From Trichoplax adhaerens (Eukaryota > Animalia > Placozoa): DNA of 5,945 nucleotides. The position numbers were made by a program, and so were the translations under genes. The notes beneath the pieces were generated by a model. It was not told the DNA's origin and did not search any database. It saw nothing but the letters and a program-made list of their open reading frames with translations. Each line of letters begins with the position of its first letter. Within the stretch, counting starts at the first letter, position 1. The stretch is from assembly GCF_000150275.1 (NCBI RefSeq), contig NW_002060956.1, positions 1,892,574-1,898,518 on the forward strand, given 5' to 3'. This document shows, in pieces, positions 1 to 5,945 of the stretch.

Positions 1-2
1 GA

Positions 3-383
3 CGCACATCTGGATGGCATCCATTGTCTAGAACCAATGAATCATCTAGCTGGAATGGAAAGCAGGGACTGAATAATTCAACACGATGGAACATCTTATC
101 AAGAAGCAATAATTTTAATAATTTAACAAGGACTAAAAAAGGCTCCAAAAGCCACGAAAGTTCGTCACAAATGCAGCAATTAAAGGGATGGTACCAAATT
201 CCGCTGGCCTTAGTCAGTGCTACAGTTTTTACCTTTGTTAACGCTGCAATAAACCCAGTGATTTTTGCATACTTCTCATGGTCCACTAGCCATCGTAAAT
301 GGTTCTGCTGTAATATAAATCTAAGTTCAAAGCAAAACGTCATGAATGCAATTTGGTCTAAACATTTACCCTATAAAAAATGA
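3..383 (+). CDS. 3' part of a class A (rhodopsin-like) GPCR: ECL3, TM7, helix 8 and C-tail; 5'-truncated by the window edge
   Basis: Frame 3 is open from the window start (RTSGWHPL...), so the TTG at 24 is not the real start. A hydrophobic helix IPLALVSATVFTFVNAAINPVIFAYFS carries the TM7 N-x-x-x-N-P-x-x-(Y/F) signature. It is followed by a basic helix-8-like stretch (SHRKWF) and Cys-Cys, a typical palmitoylation position. The preceding polar loop has N-x-S/T sequons (NES, NNS, NST, NLT). Stop TGA at 381-383. Confidence 0.82.
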   Translation, partial: RTSGWHPLSRTNESSSWNGKQGLNNSTRWNILSRSNNFNNLTRTKKGSKSHESSSQMQQLKGWYQIPLALVSATVFTFVNAAINPVIFAYFSWSTSHRKWFCCNINLSSKQNVMNAIWSKHLPYKK

Positions 384-408
384 GTGCTCATCAAGGCAGG
401 ATAAGAAA

Positions 409-414
409 AATAAA
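409..414 (+). promoter_or_regulatory. Possible polyadenylation signal of the GPCR gene
   Basis: AATAAA 25 nt after the stop codon, with another at 644-649. The AT-rich context makes chance matches likely. Confidence 0.2.
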
Positions 415-1610
415 TCTTATAGCAGCTAAAACTATTTTATCATAGACGGATAGTTAAAAGTCTGTTTGATGCTATAGCCTTAGTTATAAGAATCCGTAAA
501 ATGAGTTAAACTGTCAATTTTAACAGTATTAAATCTAAGCATGAGAACTATTAAAGGTCAATTAGTTTCAAAGATGGCTAACGGTTACGCAATTAAGCTA
601 ACACATTTTTCGATTATGTTATAAATCCCTTAAAGAAAGCTCTAATAAACTTCATCTAAGTCGATCATGAAAGTGAAATACTATAAATAATTTTTTTCAA
701 TAACTTCAATGTTTGAAGGTCTAAAATTATCAAGTATTACATTAACCCTATGCTAAAAATATCTAGACAAATTAGAAAAACAGGAAGAATCAAATTTTTA
801 CTCCTGCTAATAATTTAATAAAAACTAGTGTGGCCCAGTAAAAATTTCACTTTTTCTTTCACAGGGTTTATTCAATTTTATTGGCCTAATGAACGAACGA
901 ATAAGAATTATAATAAAATTCTTGCATTTTGACCCCTTATAGGCTAGAATAATTAGATTGTTTTGGATACTCTTCTAATTATATATACTATCTCTATCAT
1001 CATTTACTGTAGACTGAGTGTACAGTTAATATGGCATTCAACACTTCTCTTATCATACTCATAAATTAGTCCAATACTAAGTGGCTATTAATTCGATTAT
1101 GACGGTGTGATTAAGTGTCTTCTTATAAATAAAACAAGAAGTAAAGTTTCTTGTGAACTTGACTTCATTACATAAGTTAGGTTCGTCTAAGTACTACCAA
1201 CGACTATCTCTGGTCTATCTAAATTGCTACAACAATATTCACCATTGATATACGGTACTATTAGTTACAGAATGATTTTCCTTTAAATGCAATCATATCT
1301 TACCAATTAAGTCACAAGATCATATTGAAATTTTCCTATTGTGCTTTCAGTTCATAATTCACGCTTTTAATTAAAGTGTTAAAATAGAAACCTCGTTTAC
1401 TAACATAATTAGCGCAATTTATTGGTTATCTTGGTATCTTATTATAAACATCTCTACGGATTTAAAACAATATGTACTATAATCTGCTTCTACAAATAGA
1501 CACTTATACAATCCAACAACCTTAGTCTTAGATACTTAATAAGCCTGTAATACTGTACAGTATTAATGCCTAGAATATTTAATTTAATTTTTGATTAACT
1601 TCGGGGCTTG

Positions 1611-1660
1611 NNNNNNNNNNNNNNNNNNNNNNNNNNNNNNNNNNNNNNNNNNNNNNNNNN
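1611..1660. other. Assembly gap (50 N)
   Basis: Run of exactly 50 N. It is probably a placeholder, so distances across it are unreliable. Confidence 0.98.
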
Positions 1661-2667
1661 GAGTACACTGGTACTAACGTAAAGTAGCTAGAAGCATGTA
1701 AATTATTTAACCTAAATTCACGTCGTTCGAATCAGTTCTTTAGTATTAGAACATGTTAGCTTTCATATAGAGGATCTCTCGAAGTTAATCGCAGATTAAG
1801 TAGAGCACATAGACTAGTTTAATAACTCCGACTACAAAACTGGTTTGTGACAGCTTTTCATAAAGTAAACATATTATTTTAAAGTAATTATTCAGTTAAG
1901 AACAAATCTTAATCTGAATTACTTTTATTGGTACTCCTAAGCATGGTGTAACTGTAACCGTAGGTAGCGAATTCTAATTGAACAAGAAATGAGTATTACT
2001 TTAAGGTTAGTTTAATGATACAGTTGTCCATCACTTTTAACTATGACCCTATTTATGATTATGTTGAAGAGCTAGCTTTTCGATAATAATTCTGAGCTAC
2101 CGAAATTACATTAATTATAATTATATTAGTTAAAGTTTTATAGGAAACTGACTAATCAAGAATTGATAAACATAAATCTCGTAAGGTAAAAAGAGACTAA
2201 TTTGGATATTATCCGGGTAAGAAAACATGTATAAAAGTTTCGTTGTCATGGGATTTCAAATTTTTGGCTAGCTCTATCATAGCCCTCTAACTAGCCATAT
2301 AGCTGTACTGTATATAATATCTGCCACGATACATGATATCGTAGTATCCGTTCATACTGGTATGTGTACATTAGAGACCCTCTATTCTTCAAAGTCTACG
2401 AATAAGAAATGTCATGCCCGGTAATTTAATTCCAATAGTCAGTACAGCGTTTTAGGTCCGCAGTACGGCCATGGTGAGGTTCTGTGCTACCGTTTTGTCG
2501 TAAGAAGGATTCATGCTACTAGTAGTACAGCGGGATTAACTTGGGTGGCACTAAGGGAAATAAACTATGTAGGCTAAATCAAGCCCAAAGTAGATAAAAT
2601 CTTATATGTACCTGTACATATAGATTTTGAACAGGAGTGTTAACAAATTGCAACTTTAAATTTTCGA

Positions 2668-2677
2668 CGCCATCTTG
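2668..2677 (-). promoter_or_regulatory. YY1-like motif CAAGATGGCG
   Basis: The plus strand reads cgccatcttg, i.e. CAAGATGGCG on the minus strand. This matches the YY1 consensus common near metazoan Pol II housekeeping TSSs. It lies about 140 bp upstream of the MRP gene and faces away from it. Confidence 0.4.
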
Positions 2678-2698
2678 CCATCGAAGTCCATCGTGCGG

Positions 2699-2780
2699 CT
2701 GTACAGTACAGTATGTACAGTACAGTATTACAGTACGTACAGTGTACAATGTACAGTACTGTGCACCGTAGTACTGTACT
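2699..2780. repeat. Degenerate (TACAG)n/(CTGTA)n quasi-palindromic simple repeat
   Basis: Tandem gtaca/tacag units switch orientation around AGTACT (2755-2760). There is a perfect 10-bp inverted repeat gtacagtact (2751-2760) / agtactgtac (2770-2779). Shorter tracts occur at 1551-1562, 3178-3194, 3317-3338, 3410-3437 and 3537-3551. Confidence 0.8.
2756..2771 (+). promoter_or_regulatory. Candidate PSE (proximal sequence element) of the MRP type-3 Pol III promoter
   Basis: GTACTGTGCACCGTAG at -62..-47 relative to 2818, the canonical PSE position. It contains CACCGTA, resembling the vertebrate PSE core. Caveat: it is embedded in the TACAG repeat. Confidence 0.45.
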
Positions 2781-2786
2781 ATATTG

Positions 2787-2794
2787 TATAAAAA
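2787..2794 (+). promoter_or_regulatory. TATA box of type-3 Pol III promoter
   Basis: TATAAAAA at -31..-24 relative to the 5' end of MRP helix P1 (2818). Confidence 0.8.
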
Positions 2795-2817
2795 CCGTTG
2801 CGAGTTACTCTTACCCC

Positions 2818-3103
2818 GAGACATAGCGAAGGTTCGCCGGCAAAGCTACACACGGGAAAGGAGATTGTCTAATCTCGAGATTTTCCAACTCGCTTTGGGG
2901 AAAGTCCCCGGACAAACTTTGCAGAAAGTGCTGACCATAAAGGTCAATCGGCAATTGGGCAAGATTTAGCCAAGAAGCTTTGCAGCTGAGCATACAAATT
3001 TTGCCCATTCTGCCAAGTTGTCGAAGCACAGTCATGCGAACGAGCGTGCACTCATCTCGAGTCCATGCTTAACACAACGGGGCTTATTCTCGTTATGTCT
3101 CCA
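2818..3103 (+). ncRNA. RMRP: RNase MRP RNA (complete, ~285 nt)
   Basis: P1 gagacatagcga (2818-2829) / tcgttatgtctc (3090-3101). P2 gttcgc (2832-2837) / gcgaac (3036-3041). P3 caaagc/gctttg with the GCUACACAC loop as in human RMRP. CR-I GGAAAGUCCCCGG (2899-2911). P8 gca-GAAAG-tgc (2921-2931), the MRP-diagnostic GARAR loop. P9 tgacc/ggtca. P10-12 tgggcaagattt/aaattttgccca with GCCAAGAAGC...GCUGAGC. CR-IV AGUCAU (3030-3035). P19 at 3042-3070. CR-V AACACAACGGGGCUUAUUCUC (3071-3091), pairing with CR-I to form P4. Upstream TATA and downstream T6. Confidence 0.96.
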
Positions 3104-3109
3104 TTTTTT
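3104..3109 (+). terminator. RNA polymerase III oligo-T terminator
   Basis: TTTTTT begins 3 nt after the end of the 3' strand of MRP P1. Confidence 0.88.
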
Positions 3110-3520
3110 CTTCAATTTAAGAAAGGATCTGAAAACTTGGATAATCATAATGGTATCATTATCATGTTTCTATATGCTACAGTACAGTACAGTAGCATAA
3201 AATGAGTGGATAGGAAATGAAATTGAAATAGTTTTGACTTGATATTCAGCTGCAATGGCTGAATCTTACCGCACTAATCCGCTTACTTTCCGTTTAGGCC
3301 ATGTGCCATTTGTAAATACAGTACAGTACAGTACTGTAATTAACATTGATTGCTGTACTAGCGACGTCGGGTTGTACCATGGGCTTGTCTGGTGGGGTGG
3401 TACTCAATTGTACTGTACACTGTGCACTGTACAGTACGTTATTGCACTACCCATTCGCAATTCCAGTGACCACACCATAGTAATCGCTGTCCTAACCACT
3501 TCTATGAGCAAGTTTCTCCC

Positions 3521-3552
3521 GCCGTAGCATGGACTTGTACTGTACACTGTAG
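3521..3552 (+). promoter_or_regulatory. Promoter-like block: 16-bp shared motif plus a copy of the PSE-position element
   Basis: GCCGTAGCATGGACTT (3521-3536) matches the reverse complement of 2684-2699 at 13/16. GTACTGTACACTGTAG (3537-3552) matches 2756-2771 at 14/16. Confidence 0.4.
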
Positions 3553-3555
3553 CGT

Positions 3556-3820
3556 AATACACTCAGTGATGTCAAGCGTTTGGTTCGAATCGGCTTCAAG
3601 GGGACCACTAAGGTAGACGAAACACTACCTAATCAGTGGACAGTAGCCTAGTGTCAACCACAGCCAACGTATCTGCTGTCGGCTGTGGTAGAGTATTCCG
3701 TTATAATTAATCGATTGACGGCCCTGATCGATCCATTCGATGAACTTTTCTCTGGATCTTAGCACCACATCGACTTAAACCTTCAAAAAGAGATTGAAGA
3801 ATCGGTTAGTAGAGCATTTT
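3556..3820 (+). ncRNA. Unidentified structured RNA candidate
   Basis: Relatively GC-rich island with many stems: ccact/agtgg plus aggtag/ctacct (3605-3639), accacagcc/ggctgtggt (3657-3689), ctgatcgat/atcggttag (3724-3809, 2 G-U), tcgatg/catcga and cttcaa/ttgaag. It ends in TTTT. I could not recognise a known family. Confidence 0.3.
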
Positions 3821-4370
3821 AATATTTCTACGGTATATTCAATTCAATGCCATACACATGATATAGACAAACGTATGAGTATTGATCATTTGCTGGAGAA
3901 AAAATTACCCTTTTACAGCAGATATAACAGGTAATAAAGTGAAAATAGACCAGGATAACTTAATCATTCTAATCATACGGTAGTGAATACAACTTTGATC
4001 CACTAAAATGTGTTTGGTTACTGTCAGTGGATGATGTTGACAGGTGTTGTGAATACCTTGGAAAGGTAGATAGATATTTTCTTACCAGCCAGCAGTAGAA
4101 AAAGAGTGGTTAAATGAACGAGTGAGTAATCTGTGTTTGATATCGTTGACTCAGCGGGTGATAACTTTGCCAACTTTCTTTGCTAGGCTTTGTTACTCAA
4201 TAACGTTCCGTTACTCTTTTACTATATTCTGTAAGCAAGCAAATGGCGATCATTGCGTGCCGTTGTAGTTAGCACAACAGTAAGAAAGGATACTACAAAT
4301 TTAATACAGGATAGATTGACTTGTTAAGATGAACAAATACTATTAGAGAATACAGTCATTGTAGTCCTTG

Positions 4371-4480
4371 ATGACGATGGACATTGCATTCCATTTTGTC
4401 GTTATTTCAATTCTGATTTCGGTCATGTCTCATTGCTATTCGATTGGACAGCCGATTTATCCTCCCTTTGACGGCTCGAT
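4371..4480 (+). CDS. Candidate first coding exon with a signal peptide (or a 37-aa small ORF ending at 4484)
   Basis: MTMDIAFHFVVISILISVMSHCYS-IGQPIYPPFDGS shows a short n-region, a hydrophobic core and small residues at -3/-1 (C-Y-S). It ends at a weak donor AT|GTAAAG or at TAA 4482-4484. Confidence 0.35.
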
Positions 4481-5734
4481 GTAAAGTAATGGACGTTGTT
4501 GCGTGTTGCAATATCGATGTTTAGACGGCTAACCGTGGGCGACTAGATTCTGAAACACTTAATAAATGTCTACGTCGTGTATACTGTATTTGAGCAAGCC
4601 AGCCATTTTTTAACGTCAAAGTATTGCAAGACTATTGAATCCGTATTAATGCGTTTTATCATTGGTGAATCTAAACCAAAATCTGTTATTACTCATCAAC
4701 TGGAACTGGAAACATGACGTCAGACTTGCACATGGATGATAAAACGTTGTCACCTCCAGCATAGCTGCTTATGAGATCGAACTATATTAGTCTACCAGTC
4801 ACAGATTGAATACTAGAGTAGTTTTACCCATTCTGTTGACAGATTAATTTCATATAATTATACGCGCTAACATTAAGCCACATGTTAGGAAGTAAAAAAA
4901 TGATCTTCCAATCGAGCTCAACTGTTTTTGTAATAATCAAACGCTAAAGGTAATATTGAGTTAAGGTTTGTTTGCTACAACAACTGTAATTACTGTAATA
5001 AATTTCAAATTTTATAAATTAAACCTCTTTACTAAATCGTTTGCCAATCATATTGTTTGCTCAATAGACGTACAGCAGATTAAACTAATATTACGGTCGT
5101 ATGCGTTTATAATCTCGAACGGTAATGATGCATTTAGTCGATATGCTAATGTGATGTAGTAACTAATGCATCGCAAGGTAATTTATTCGACGAAAGAACA
5201 CAATTTATGACGCAATTAATTTATTTGAAAGTGCAGCAATACTACTAAATTTTGGTCTTGCTGTTTATGATTTCCGTTAAATCACATATTACTAGCTCTT
5301 TGATTTCTACTATTTCGTGATTTCGGCAATCAAAGTACTGTATTCGGGTATTTTCAATGTTGTGATCCATGGCCGTGTATAGAGTAATCATAGATTTAAA
5401 GAGGATTGATTGATTGATAGTTTCAAATCTTAGCTAATCGAATCAGAAATTAAGAAATTATCCTATATGGCTATATCACATCACTATACATTATATAAGT
5501 AATTATAGGTTTGGTATTATACATTGTAATACATTTCAGTAACGACCAAATTAAAAAATTTATGGATACCATCTATTGAAATGGCGAGATCCTCAGTGTA
5601 GATAGTACATTTAATGATTTTTGTTGCCTCGACAGTAATGTACACCTACATACGAGTACATGGGTAACCATCCTCGGTATTCGAGTATGTTTTCCATGCA
5701 CAGATAATAATGCATATTATTTTGTCATGCTCAG

Positions 5735-5819
5735 CAATGTCAGGTAGATTTCAAGTAAAATTGGACGTGACGAAGATCGTCCATAGGGCAAAGCCGACAT
5801 CGATGTCGCTTCATGATCG
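5735..5819 (+). CDS. Candidate internal coding exon
   Basis: T-rich acceptor (ttttgtcatgctcag, or alternative tgtcag at 5743). One open frame (MSGRFQVKLDVTKIVHRAKPTSMSLHDR), higher GC than the flanks, and a strong donor CG|GTAAGC. Confidence 0.3.
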
Positions 5820-5945
5820 GTAAGCTAGCTATTTTAAGTTTTTACTCTATACTTATTCACTATTGCATGTTACTGACCCACGTATAAAATCTGTTATACT
5901 AGATATACAAGCTGATACTTGTTAATTGTAATATGATACTGCAAT

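Noticed and set aside
2579-2824. 81-aa minus-strand ORF
   Set aside because: It runs through the TACAG repeat and MRP promoter. The Y/C/T/V composition is a repeat artefact.
2784-3200. ORFs 2784-2969 (+), 2811-3035 (-) and 3018-3200 (+)
   Set aside because: They overlap the RNase MRP RNA, whose motifs and base-pairing explain the sequence. No recognisable protein motifs.
3452-3465. U14 snoRNA domain A-like CATTCGCAATTCC
   Set aside because: Imperfect match, with no C box, domain B or D box in the right arrangement.
3255-3527. 90-aa plus-strand ORF
   Set aside because: It crosses two TACAG tracts (TVQYSTV, YCTLCTVQY) and promoter-like motifs. No domain recognised.
2699-3552. CRISPR array or MITE from the repeated motifs
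   Set aside because: Eukaryotic context, irregular spacing, low-complexity units, and no terminal inverted repeats with target-site duplications.
3517-3607. tRNA gene (TAGC...GGTTCGAATC...CCA)
   Set aside because: The T-stem, D-arm, anticodon arm and acceptor stem do not pair as a cloverleaf.
3598-3735. U11/U1-like snRNA or hammerhead ribozyme
   Set aside because: No Sm site (AUUUUUG) or U1/U11 5' sequence, and the hammerhead CUGANGA core is absent despite a CGAAAC.
3556-3817. RNase P RNA on the minus strand (UGAAGGUUUAAG resembling CR-I)
   Set aside because: CR-V, P2 and P3 do not fit, and G-U pairs favour the plus strand.
3470-3860. Telomerase RNA (CCUAACC at 3491-3497, H box/ACA-like ends, U-rich loop)
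   Set aside because: A 7-nt template match is expected by chance and lies about 250 nt from the putative pseudoknot. No P6.1 of CR4/5 is visible and the 3' hairpin is weak. Not supportable without covariation data.
4369-4416. C/D snoRNA (TGATGA...CTGA) or SECIS
   Set aside because: Only about 48 nt between the boxes, no terminal stem and no SECIS quartet geometry. The signal-peptide reading fits better.
4715-4722. CRE palindrome TGACGTCA
   Set aside because: A single 8-mer with no supporting promoter context.
4968-5159. 63-aa ORF as a standalone gene
   Set aside because: TTG start and an AT-rich, intron-like 5' half. At most the part after the AG at ~5068 could be an exon.

Overview
AT-rich eukaryotic genomic DNA, very likely metazoan, with a 50-N assembly gap at 1611-1660. 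The compact layout and TACAG/CTGTA-rich tracts remind me of a placozoan (Trichoplax-like) genome, but that is only an inference. The window opens with the 3' end of a class A (rhodopsin-like) GPCR CDS (<3-383, +) covering a long N-glycosylated ECL3, TM7 with NPVIF, helix 8 and a Cys-Cys pair. The best-supported feature is a complete RNase MRP RNA gene (2818-~3103, +), which the ORF track does not show. CR-I, CR-IV, CR-V, the P8 GARAR loop, P1/P2/P3/P9/P12/P19 and a K-turn-like element are all recognisable, with TATAAAAA at -31, a PSE-position element at -62 and a T6 Pol III terminator. The supplied ORFs at 2579-3527 appear to be artefacts over this RNA and its flanks. A 16-bp motif (GYYGYASSATGGRCTT) occurs three times around the gene. 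A copy of the PSE-position element precedes a second, unidentified, hairpin-rich segment (~3556-3820) that may be a new ncRNA. A possible divergent spliced transcript lies on the minus strand, and weak exon candidates for a secreted protein lie at 4371-5819.
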